A stretch of DNA of 64,000 nucleotides, taken from positions 19,086-83,085 of the forward strand of contig JAPHRO010000042.1 of the NCBI GenBank assembly GCA_026195895.1, written 5' to 3'. Shown piece by piece: positions 50,783 to 59,826 of the stretch. Numbering within the stretch: the first letter of the stretch is position 1; the number at the start of each line of letters is the position of its first letter. The notes under the pieces are model-generated. The model saw only the letters and a program-made list of their open reading frames with translations, had not been told where the DNA came from and did no database searches. Position numbers and translations under genes: made by a program. Source of the stretch: Gammaproteobacteria bacterium. Its GTDB lineage: Bacteria; Pseudomonadota; Gammaproteobacteria; SZUA-229.

Positions 50783-52186
50783 CTAAACACTAATATTTAA
50801 TTTTTGAATTAAATCATAAAGTGTTGGACGACTCACCCCCAACAATTCAGCTGCTGGTGCGACTTTACCATTAGTATTATTCAAAGCTCGCTGAATTACT
50901 TCCCGCTCAGCAGCTTCACGAACTTCTCGTAAGTCAAAAGAGTGGCTACCCGATTCTTTTTCTGCTACATCAAGCTCAAGATCTTCAGCAGTTATGTGTT
51001 TTCCATCAGCCATAATAACTGCACGCTTAATCCTGTTTTTTAATTCACGCACATTACCCGGCCATTCATGGGCATCAATTGCAACTAGCGCATCTTTAGT
51101 AAAACCTTTTAATCTTTTGCCCTGCTCTTCATTCATTTGGTCAAGAAATGCACGGGCTAGCAGCAATACATCCCCATCTCTATCTTTAAGCGGCGGAATA
51201 TTTATTGGGATTTCGTTAATACGATAATAAAGATCTTCCCTGAACTCTCCTTTTTCGATTTTATCTTCCAGATTCTGGTGGGTGGCACAAATAACACGCA
51301 CATTGACCGGTATTTCTTCACGACCACCGATACGTTCTACTACACGCTCCTGTAAAAAACGTAATAATTTGGCCTGCAACGGTAAGGGCAACTCACCCAT
51401 TTCATCTAAAAATAAAGTGCCACCTTCTGCGTATTCAATTTTTCCTGGTGTGGTTTTTGCGGCACCGGTAAACGCACCTTTTTCATAACCAAACAGTTCA
51501 CTTTCCAGCAGATTTTCAGGTATGGCTGCACAGTTAATAGCTACAAAACGCCCGCTTATGGAAGGGTTTTTCCCATGCAATGCACGGGCACATAATTCTT
51601 TACCTGTCCCGCTATCACCTAACAATAAAACGGTGGCATCTGATGGAGCGACTTTTTCTACCCTTTGACATACCGTCTGCATCTGCGGACTACTGGACAC
51701 CAGACCTTCCATCGGCATATCGACTTTATGCATGCTAAGTTTGCGATTTTCTTCTTCTAACTCATACACATGATAAGCACGATTAACTATCTGGTTTAAT
51801 ACATCTGAATCAATAGGTTTCTGATAAAAATCATAAGCGCCAGAGGCTACTGCAGCGACAGCATTCTCACGCTCATCATTACCACTAACAATAATGACCT
51901 TTGTATTAGGCGCAACAGATAAAATTTGTTCCAGGGTAGCTAATCCTTCTGTACTTCCATCCGGGTCTGGAGGTAAGCCAAGATCAACCGTTGCCACGGG
52001 AGGATGATGTTTTTTGATTTGTTTAATTGCTGATTCCCGGTCACCGGTAACAATAACTTCGAAATCTTCGAAGCTCCATTTCATTTGCTTTTGTAGACCG
52101 GGATCGTCTTCTACCACGAGTACTTTTTTGTTGTTTTCCATATTAAATATTTTGTAATAAATTTCGACAAGTTGATGAGTGTGCAC
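50783..52186 (-). CDS. prsR: sigma-54-dependent response regulator (PrsR-type, NtrC family): receiver + AAA+ sigma-54 activation domain + HTH
   Basis: Receiver domain (VLVVEDDPGL...D), Walker A GDSGTGKE, a GAFTGA-type loop (GAFTGAAKT), ESELFGYEKGAFTGA and a C-terminal Fis-type HTH. Confidence 0.8.
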   Translation of the reverse strand: MHTHQLVEIYYKIFNMENNKKVLVVEDDPGLQKQMKWSFEDFEVIVTGDRESAIKQIKKHHPPVATVDLGLPPDPDGSTEGLATLEQILSVAPNTKVIIVSGNDERENAVAAVASGAYDFYQKPIDSDVLNQIVNRAYHVYELEEENRKLSMHKVDMPMEGLVSSSPQMQTVCQRVEKVAPSDATVLLLGDSGTGKELCARALHGKNPSISGRFVAINCAAIPENLLESELFGYEKGAFTGAAKTTPGKIEYAEGGTLFLDEMGELPLPLQAKLLRFLQERVVERIGGREEIPVNVRVICATHQNLEDKIEKGEFREDLYYRINEIPINIPPLKDRDGDVLLLARAFLDQMNEEQGKRLKGFTKDALVAIDAHEWPGNVRELKNRIKRAVIMADGKHITAEDLELDVAEKESGSHSFDLREVREAAEREVIQRALNNTNGKVAPAAELLGVSRPTLYDLIQKLNISV

Positions 52187-52364
52187 TAGAAATAGCGCTA
52201 TCGCAAGGTTATATAGAAAAATTAATTTTTAGTTAAAAAACAGATAGTTAGATTATGAATATTTTAATTTTTTCATTTAATTGGACGACTAAAGATCCAC
52301 TTACATTCAATTAAATAACTAGATGATATTCTTTATATAAGATTATTTTATAAGCAAATACTAA

Positions 52365-52781
52365 TTAAATAGTTTCTTTGTAAGCTTTATATGCACGTTC
52401 GATAATCATATTTAATTTCACCAAATCCACCGGCTTGGCAAAAAACTCAAATGCCCCAGAATCAACAGCACGTTTTGCATTCGTTTTCTCATCAGAGCCT
52501 GAAACGATAACTACTTTGGTGCCTGGTGCCTCTTCCAGAATTTGCTTTAATATTGCGAAACCTTCATTGCTGCCTTCAGCATCAGGCGGCAGTCCTAAAT
52601 CCAGTGTCACTACCGCTGGATGGTATTTACTAAACTGCTCCAGTGCATCCGCCCTGTTTTCTGCAGTCACTACATCAAAGCCCTCGAATCCCCACTTTAA
52701 CTGGCTACGGATGCCTGGATCATCATCAACAATAAGTATTTTTGGATTTTCAGCCATCTTGTTTTCTCTTTTCACGCTCAT
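52365..52781 (-). CDS. single-domain response-regulator receiver, paralogous to the PrsR receiver domain
   Basis: KILIVDDDPGIRSQLKWGFEGFDVVTAENRADALEQFSKYHPAVVTLDLGLPPD is collinear with the PrsR N-terminus (VLVVEDDPGLQKQMKWSFEDFEVIV...VATVDLGLPPD). Its start overlaps the prsK stop by 32 nt. Confidence 0.75.
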   Translation of the reverse strand: MSVKRENKMAENPKILIVDDDPGIRSQLKWGFEGFDVVTAENRADALEQFSKYHPAVVTLDLGLPPDAEGSNEGFAILKQILEEAPGTKVVIVSGSDEKTNAKRAVDSGAFEFFAKPVDLVKLNMIIERAYKAYKETI

Positions 52782-54891
52782 TTAGCTGAACAACCTGGGG
52801 GTGCTGATCAACACTTTCGTTTTGACTAATCGGTATTTTTAGCCTGAATAAAGACCCCTTGTCGAGCTGGCTTTCTACATCCAGCTCACCACCCAGTTTA
52901 TGCACATATTCTCTTACCTGAAAGACGCCTATTCCCATGGTTCCCTTGGTAGATTCAAATGGCTGGAACAGGCGCTCATGAATAAATGCTTCGTCCATGC
53001 CGCAACCCGTATCCTCCACTTCGATTATTGCATGATTACCCTGCCGCTTCAGGCGTACCGTGATGCGGTCATCTTCATTGGTTGCATCCTGTGCATTCTG
53101 GATAAGATGCGCCAGATTAGCAGCCATACGATCCCGATCAGCCGTAATCATTAATTCCTGCGTCTGACAGTTCAATACTGGAATCGGTAAAGTACCTGCT
53201 CTGCTACAGTTCCCTACTGTCTCCTCCATTAGCTGGCACAGACTAAACGCGGCCACGCCCTCTTCTGATTCTCCTTTTAAACGAGACAGAAGCTTATTCA
53301 TCTTATTTACCGAATTCTCCACCGTGCTAATAGCATCATCTATAAACATAGGATTGTTTTTGTGCCTGGCCGCATTAGACACAACCATCGATAGCTGCCC
53401 GACCATATTCTTGATATCGTGAACAATAAAGGCAGATAGCCGATTCACTTCTTCAAAACGTCTGGAACCTGCAAGTGCCAGAGCAGCTTCCTGCTGCGCC
53501 AGATGACTGGCCGCCTGGCGACCTGCGGTTTTCAACAAATCACTATCTTCCCAATTGAAAAAGTTCTGATGCGCGGGTGAACGGCTTAATATAATAAATC
53601 CAAGCATTGAATCCTGTAGCATTAAAGGTACGACCAACCAGGCGTCTTTCATTGACTCCAGCCATTCTGGAATTTCCAGTGGCGCCAGACGAGTATAAAC
53701 CTCAGGATTATTCCTGAATTCATCAAGCCTGATTACAAATTGCTGATCTTCCAGAAAACGAATGAGGGCATGATCAACTGACTCTCTTGCATTGATCAAT
53801 TCGGTATTCCAGCGTTCCTCTGGCTCAAAACAACCGTTTTCACGGCGCATCCATAACATACCGCCAGGGCTGTCAATAATTTGCGCCAGAGAACGAATAG
53901 CACGCTCGTGCAGCCTGACCGCTTCATTTCCTGTAGAGAGAGTACGAATAATCCGCAGCCACTCTTCGCGATAATCATATTTATAATGAAAGAAATGCTT
54001 ATCTATTAGCACCTTAAGCCGGGCGCGTACACGCCTTGAAAACATTAATACGGCCAGCATTAGTACTGCGCCAAAAATAAATGTAGCTTGCGCAACCAGG
54101 CCCCAGGTACCGCCTAAGTCACGCACATAGAAACCACCAACACCAATAACAATCATATAAATGCCGGCAGCTAGTAGTGTGGTGGTATGAAATACAATTC
54201 TCCGTGACAGGAAAATATCGATTGTGTCCTTGCCTATTGACCATTGCATCTCACGCTTGATAGCCACGCCTATCAAGGGAACCACCATCGCATGAATAAA
54301 GCCACGAGCATTCCAGAGCTCATTATCAATGCGCTGGAACAGGAAGGCATCTGAGTAGAGATAAAAATCATAGGCAAACATACTGCCTATACCCAGCCAT
54401 AAAAACTTAAGAGCTACGCGATGCTCTTCAGCTGTATTACGATAGAGTTGCTCAATAATAACAAGGCCACCGATAGAAATAAGCAAATGACCGATAAGAA
54501 TGTCGTTACCGGCAATAAACTCAAAAACCGAACCGCCGGAAATACGATATTGAGCCAGTAACATCAGCCCAATAATAAAAACCGATAATCCTGCAAATGT
54601 CAGTCTGAAACGACTGGAAACCTGTTCAGTAGATTTATACGCAGTCCGCAACATGACCAACAGAAAAGCGAACCAGGCGAGAGAACGTAATAATTCAAGA
54701 ATTAATGTTGCGCTCAACAGGCCACCATAAGCAGCCTGGTAGGTAACCGCAGCTGACCACAAGGCACTTGCGATTGCCGCAATAGCCAACATGCGCTTGG
54801 GAAGATTTTCTCGCTGACCGGTTAGCATAACCAGCCCTAATATGAGAAATAAGGCTGTTGCCAGACCAAAGCTAATGACTTCAATTAGCAT
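52750..54891 (-). CDS. prsK: PEP-CTERM system histidine kinase (PrsK-type): polytopic N-terminal membrane domain, GAF-like region, HisKA/HATPase
   Basis: About 10 N-terminal TM helices, H-box AFIVHDIKN, and G-boxes (DTGCGMD; GTMGIGV). 713 aa. It sits immediately upstream of the receiver and prsR. Confidence 0.75.
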   Translation of the reverse strand: MLIEVISFGLATALFLILGLVMLTGQRENLPKRMLAIAAIASALWSAAVTYQAAYGGLLSATLILELLRSLAWFAFLLVMLRTAYKSTEQVSSRFRLTFAGLSVFIIGLMLLAQYRISGGSVFEFIAGNDILIGHLLISIGGLVIIEQLYRNTAEEHRVALKFLWLGIGSMFAYDFYLYSDAFLFQRIDNELWNARGFIHAMVVPLIGVAIKREMQWSIGKDTIDIFLSRRIVFHTTTLLAAGIYMIVIGVGGFYVRDLGGTWGLVAQATFIFGAVLMLAVLMFSRRVRARLKVLIDKHFFHYKYDYREEWLRIIRTLSTGNEAVRLHERAIRSLAQIIDSPGGMLWMRRENGCFEPEERWNTELINARESVDHALIRFLEDQQFVIRLDEFRNNPEVYTRLAPLEIPEWLESMKDAWLVVPLMLQDSMLGFIILSRSPAHQNFFNWEDSDLLKTAGRQAASHLAQQEAALALAGSRRFEEVNRLSAFIVHDIKNMVGQLSMVVSNAARHKNNPMFIDDAISTVENSVNKMNKLLSRLKGESEEGVAAFSLCQLMEETVGNCSRAGTLPIPVLNCQTQELMITADRDRMAANLAHLIQNAQDATNEDDRITVRLKRQGNHAIIEVEDTGCGMDEAFIHERLFQPFESTKGTMGIGVFQVREYVHKLGGELDVESQLDKGSLFRLKIPISQNESVDQHPQVVQLNEREKRKQDG

Positions 54892-55145
54892 TAATTGATT
54901 GTTTCCGTTAGAAATTTCTTATTTAGCAATGACTAATACTCGATATATTAATAATATTTTTTCAGTCGAGGATAATTTAAACGTCAAATATCTATGGCAC
55001 TATAGACTATCATACATACGACTCGAATAATTCTATATATAGATTAGTAATCAAGTACTTACTATTATTTTTGTGTTTTATTGCGATGAAATATTGATGC
55101 TACCAGGTGAAGAACAAATGGCAACTGGTTTTAAATCTCATCCAA

Positions 55146-55168
55146 CCTTCTCCCATAGTGGGAGAAGG
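55146..55168. terminator. perfect 9-bp stem-loop (ccttctccc-atagt-gggagaagg) between prsT copy 2 and prsK; no clear U-tract
   Basis: Read directly. It may be an attenuator, RNA processing site or weak terminator. Confidence 0.35.
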
Positions 55169-55216
55169 TATATAAGGAAGATATTTAAGATTAAAAAGAA
55201 TATTACATAGCTACAG

Positions 55217-57625
55217 TTAAATAGTATCTAACAGTTTTTTAGCTTCGTCTTTTCCTATGAAATTTTGATCACTATTTACAGCCATTTCCAGGTGTTTTTT
55301 CGCATTGTTCTTTTCATTATTTTGATACAGGGCGTAACCCAGGTGATATTGAAACACAGCGACTTTAGGCGCTTTTTTTACTACTTCTTTTAATATCTGA
55401 GATGCCTTCTGATTATCACCTGACTTGGCATAAGCCCATCCTAAGGTATCTTGTAATGCTGGTTGTTTTATATTTTCAAAACCCATCGCCAGATCCAGGG
55501 CTTTTTTAACATCACTCTGCGATCCGTAATCTAATAATAGCGCAGCTAAATTATTCTCGGCCAGTTTATTATTTGGGGTTTCTACCAATAATTTATTATA
55601 TGTATTTATTGCATCCTTATAATTTCCATTTCTTTCATACAAGGCTGCTATTTTCATATAAAAAGGCGATTTATTTGAAACTTCAGCAATTGCCTGATTG
55701 TAGACATCAATAGCTTTTGCAACATCATTATCTGCCAGGTATGTAGCCGCTAAATTATTATATGGTATCGCCCAGGTTTTTGAATTACTGATAGCCTTGT
55801 TAAAATAGTTTCTAGCTGTAGGAATATCTTCTAGAAGCATATAAATTTGACCCAACAACAGTTGAGAAACTGCATCAGAAGAATTATTTTCCAATCGTTT
55901 ATTCAAACGAGTAATAGCCTGTTCTGGCTTTTTCTGTATTAAATATACTTTAACTATTTGATCCAATACAGAGTACTTATTATTCGTTTTGTTCAATGCC
56001 TCATCAAACTCTACAATTGCTGAATCAAACTGCCGTTTGGCCAGATGATATTGGCCTTTCTTCATATAAACTTCATATTTTTCTGGTGAGCTACGTTTCA
56101 TAGCATCAATAATTGATAGTATTTGAACTTCATCATTTTTTGCAGCTACCAGCTTAAGCTTAAGATCCAGCAAATCGTAGTTATCTTTGAAATAGGCCAG
56201 TGCTTTTTCTACAACATTAAGCGCGTCATCCTGCCTCTTCTTCTGCACAAGATAATTTGCATAATTAAAATGAGTTTCATGATTAATGGGATTCGACTCT
56301 ATAGCTTTTTTCAACTCATTTTCTGCCAGCGAACTCTCATTATTCATTTCGTGAGCTCGTGCTAATAACAAAGCCGCCTCAGCATTTTTTGGTTCATTTT
56401 TGACAACTGTGCGTAACCCATTGATTGCCGGAACTGCATCAAAATTTCTTAGATGCAATTTCCCCGCAGTTAACAGGGCATCATTATTATTGGGATATTC
56501 ACCAAGCACCTGATCAACATATTTTTTTGCTCCAAAATAATCATTCTCCTCCAGCAAAATAACTGCAAGTTTATTTCTTGCCTTTACTCCTTCAGGATCA
56601 AAAGATTTCTCATTAATTATTTTTTTATAAATATCTTTAGCATCATTTCTTTGCCCAATTCCCTTATGAAATTTCGCCATTGCAAATTTTAACTCATATA
56701 AATCCGGCTTTTGCTGGATAGCCGACTTTAGCTCATTAATCGCTTCTTCAACAGTTACTCTTGACGATAAGAATTCGACAAGAATAAGATAGCGTCGCGC
56801 ATCTTCGTCATCATCTTTTATTCCCTGCCTTAAAACCTGCTCCGCTTTATCTAGCTGACCAGATGTTGCATAGAATGATCCTAATGCCACCTGTAAGCCA
56901 TACTTGTCAGGATCAATATTTATTGCTTCTTTCAGATATTTCTCTGCCAGATCATATTTCCTGTTTTTGGCGTGTAATTTTGCAAGACTAATTCGCAGTG
57001 AAATATTATTTTTGTTATTTTCCACACCACTAGTTAATAATCTTTCAGCTTTCGCGTCTTCTTTATTTGCCAAATATATGCCAGCAAGCAGGCTAATGCC
57101 TTCAACAAGTTTAATATCTTTTCTAACTACAGCCTCAATATCTGCAATTGCTCTTGATTTATTACCTGTTTTATATTCAATAGTTGCTAAAATTAGATCC
57201 GCCTCTGAATTCGCTGGATCCTCTTGTTTTACTTCCTGCAATATTTTATTTGCTTCTGAAATAAATTTTTCAGTGCCGGCAATAACATATATTCTTGCAA
57301 GTTTAATCTTGGCCAATGTATGTTTTTTATCTAATTCAATGACTTTCCTATAATTCCCTAAGGCCTTGCCTAATTCCTGATTCTTTTCCTCCATCTGCCC
57401 CATGTAAAAATAAGCTTCCGCAAATTTTGGATCTATTTGAATCACATTCTTGAATTCAATTTTTGCCTTTTCTAAATTATTTTCTTCCAGATAAGCTTTT
57501 CCTTTTTCCAGGTACTTAACCTTACGTTCTTCCGCTCCACCACATGAAGCCAATACCACCATAATTGATAATATTGAAATTAATTTCGTAATACCCATAA
57601 ATGACTTCATGTATTTCATCTCCAC
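55217..57625 (-). CDS. prsT: PEP-CTERM system TPR-repeat lipoprotein (PrsT family), copy 2
   Basis: Lipobox VLASCGG, TPR repeats throughout the 802-aa protein, paralogous to copy 1. Confidence 0.7.
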   Translation of the reverse strand: MEMKYMKSFMGITKLISILSIMVVLASCGGAEERKVKYLEKGKAYLEENNLEKAKIEFKNVIQIDPKFAEAYFYMGQMEEKNQELGKALGNYRKVIELDKKHTLAKIKLARIYVIAGTEKFISEANKILQEVKQEDPANSEADLILATIEYKTGNKSRAIADIEAVVRKDIKLVEGISLLAGIYLANKEDAKAERLLTSGVENNKNNISLRISLAKLHAKNRKYDLAEKYLKEAINIDPDKYGLQVALGSFYATSGQLDKAEQVLRQGIKDDDEDARRYLILVEFLSSRVTVEEAINELKSAIQQKPDLYELKFAMAKFHKGIGQRNDAKDIYKKIINEKSFDPEGVKARNKLAVILLEENDYFGAKKYVDQVLGEYPNNNDALLTAGKLHLRNFDAVPAINGLRTVVKNEPKNAEAALLLARAHEMNNESSLAENELKKAIESNPINHETHFNYANYLVQKKRQDDALNVVEKALAYFKDNYDLLDLKLKLVAAKNDEVQILSIIDAMKRSSPEKYEVYMKKGQYHLAKRQFDSAIVEFDEALNKTNNKYSVLDQIVKVYLIQKKPEQAITRLNKRLENNSSDAVSQLLLGQIYMLLEDIPTARNYFNKAISNSKTWAIPYNNLAATYLADNDVAKAIDVYNQAIAEVSNKSPFYMKIAALYERNGNYKDAINTYNKLLVETPNNKLAENNLAALLLDYGSQSDVKKALDLAMGFENIKQPALQDTLGWAYAKSGDNQKASQILKEVVKKAPKVAVFQYHLGYALYQNNEKNNAKKHLEMAVNSDQNFIGKDEAKKLLDTI

Positions 57626-57756
57626 CTTTTAAATAGTCCTTTAAGGAACTAGATATAAATTATTGTAATGTTGTAATTCTTAAAATTTAGTATTGATATA
57701 TAACTTCTTCTTTCAACTTATTTTCTTAATTCGACTTTAAAGCGCTAGATCCCTCC

Positions 57757-57859
57757 GCTTTGGTCGGGATGACAACTACCTTAGTCGGGACAACTGCTTT
57801 AGTCACTATGACAACTGCCTTAGTCGCGATGACGCTGCTTTGGCCGGGATGATAGCTGC
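57757..57859. repeat. five tandem degenerate 21-nt repeats (consensus yTTaGtCgggATGAcaaCTGC) upstream of prsT copy 2
   Basis: Units: gctttggtcgggatgacaactac / cttagtcgggacaactgc / tttagtcactatgacaactgc / cttagtcgcgatgacgctgc / tttggccgggatgatagctgc. The 21-nt period is in-frame and creates a 28-codon plus-strand ORF (57769..57855) encoding MTTTLVGTTALVTMTTALVAMTLLWPG. Confidence 0.7.
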
Positions 57860-58022
57860 TTAAAGCCAGATATCAATTGCGTATTTTTAACGTTTAGTGA
57901 TTTTAAAATCAAGGTAAATTGTAATTATTGAGAGCCTGACTGCACTTTACTAGGTATATCCTCATTTACAAACCCCAACAAATAATCATCTCTCCCGAAT
58001 TTTAATATATACTAATTTTCGA

Positions 58023-59783
58023 TTAACAGGAATATTCCCTCTCCTCATCACCAATAAATCCTTCACGCAATAAATAAAGCATAATTTCCTGCGCGGCCTC
58101 CATTGGGGCTATATCAGTAGTATCAATTCGAAGCTCAGGAATTTCCGGTGCTTCATAAGGATCACTAATACCGGTAAACTGTTTTATCTCTCCCTTTCGA
58201 GCCCTGGCATACAATCCTTTACGATCACGTTTTTCACATTCTTCTAATGGAGTCGCCACATGAATCTCTATAAACGCGCCATATTTTGCATTTTGTTCAC
58301 GTACATATTTTCTTATTGCAGTATAGGGTGCTATTGGGGCACAAATTGCTATACCACCGTTTTTGTTAATAACACTGGCAACATAACCGATTCTTTTAAT
58401 ATTAATGTCTCGGTGTTCTTTACTGAACCCCAGTTCACTTGATAGATAATGACGCACAACATCACCATCGAGCAGTGTTACCGGTCTCTTGCCCTCTTCT
58501 ATGAATTTTGAATAGATTATTTTGGCCAGGGTTGATTTTCCGGAACCCGATAGCCCGGTAAAAAATAGCGTTATGCCGGTTTTAGATCGTGGTTTACAGA
58601 TTTTCTTAAGTTCTGAAATAACTTCAGGATAACTAAACCAGCCAGGTATTTCCTGACCCAACTGAAGACTTTCATGGAGCTGTTTATCTTTAAACAGTTG
58701 ACCTTCCAGATTCTGTTCAGTTATTTCTTCAACAGGTATAAATTTATCCAGTTCACTCACATAACGCCTTTCCCTGATCGTCACCATTTCTATTTCCAGC
58801 TCATTCTGATATTGCTGCATTAATTCCTGCGATGCATACTGCTTATAAAATCGTTCCTCGCCCTGCCTTACATTAGGGGGTGCTGCATGCTCGGAACCGA
58901 TAATAATATGTGAACAACCATAATTCTGCCGGATGATGGCGTTATGAATAGCCTCTCTGGGTCCTGCCATACGCATAGCCTGGGGCAGCAGGGACAACAT
59001 CACCATATGTCTGGGATAATGTTTCTGTATCGCCTGATAACACTGTACTCGGGTGTGATATTGCAAATCCCCCGGCTTACTCAAACCGACGACCGGGTGT
59101 AATAATATATGCGCGCCTACTTCCTTCGCCGCCTCAAGTGTAATATCCCGATGCACCCTGTGCATTGGCTTACTGGTACCAAACGCGACTACACGCCGCC
59201 AGCCATGTTTTTTAAACAAATGACGTAGTTCTTCAGGCGTATCTCTGAGAGTTTCAAAATCATAATGTACTGGTAACTGGATGCCTTCGACAGTACCGCC
59301 GATATAGTATTCCTTAACCTGGTTCAGCAAATAATCAACACCGGGATGATGTTCTGATGTGGTTCCATACACCGCCTCAGCTTCAGCACGTTTATCCGCC
59401 TTCCAGATATCTTCTACATGCAGTACCGCTAGCATAAAACCCTCAGGGTCCTGCAAGGCGATACTGTCACCAGGACTCAATTGCTGTACCTGCTTTGCAT
59501 CCACATCAAGGGTGATGGGTATAGTCCACAACAATCCACTAGAGAGACGCATAGACGATAGAACAGAGTCATAATCTTTTTGCGTCATAAAACCTGTTAA
59601 CGGACTTAACGCACCGTTTAACAGCATTTCAAGATCGCAAAACTGGCGTTGGCTCAGAGTGATGGAATAATAGTGCTCAGACTCGTGCTTAAGAACTTCT
59701 GCTCGCTCAGGACTACAGATTAGATTTACCAGCTCACCGCCATAAGGTTTTACTAAAGTTGTCATAAATAAGTTACCAAACAA
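58023..59783 (-). CDS. bifunctional sulfate adenylyltransferase (ATP sulfurylase) / adenylylsulfate kinase (PAPS synthesis)
   Basis: N-terminal ATP-sulfurylase domain (QTRNxxH-like HRDITLEAAKE...GPREAIHNAII). C-terminal APS kinase with P-loop GLSGSGKST and LDGDVVRH. Confidence 0.8.
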   Translation of the reverse strand: MFGNLFMTTLVKPYGGELVNLICSPERAEVLKHESEHYYSITLSQRQFCDLEMLLNGALSPLTGFMTQKDYDSVLSSMRLSSGLLWTIPITLDVDAKQVQQLSPGDSIALQDPEGFMLAVLHVEDIWKADKRAEAEAVYGTTSEHHPGVDYLLNQVKEYYIGGTVEGIQLPVHYDFETLRDTPEELRHLFKKHGWRRVVAFGTSKPMHRVHRDITLEAAKEVGAHILLHPVVGLSKPGDLQYHTRVQCYQAIQKHYPRHMVMLSLLPQAMRMAGPREAIHNAIIRQNYGCSHIIIGSEHAAPPNVRQGEERFYKQYASQELMQQYQNELEIEMVTIRERRYVSELDKFIPVEEITEQNLEGQLFKDKQLHESLQLGQEIPGWFSYPEVISELKKICKPRSKTGITLFFTGLSGSGKSTLAKIIYSKFIEEGKRPVTLLDGDVVRHYLSSELGFSKEHRDINIKRIGYVASVINKNGGIAICAPIAPYTAIRKYVREQNAKYGAFIEIHVATPLEECEKRDRKGLYARARKGEIKQFTGISDPYEAPEIPELRIDTTDIAPMEAAQEIMLYLLREGFIGDEEREYSC

Positions 59784-59826
59784 TACTTCTTAAATTCCCT
59801 CTTAAAAAAAGAGGGACCGGAGTAGA

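Noticed and set aside
57757-57859. Possible CRISPR array, because of the tandem 21-nt repeats
   Set aside because: The units are directly adjacent with no spacers. They are shorter than CRISPR repeats and there are no cas genes. They are treated as a tandem repeat or regulatory array instead.
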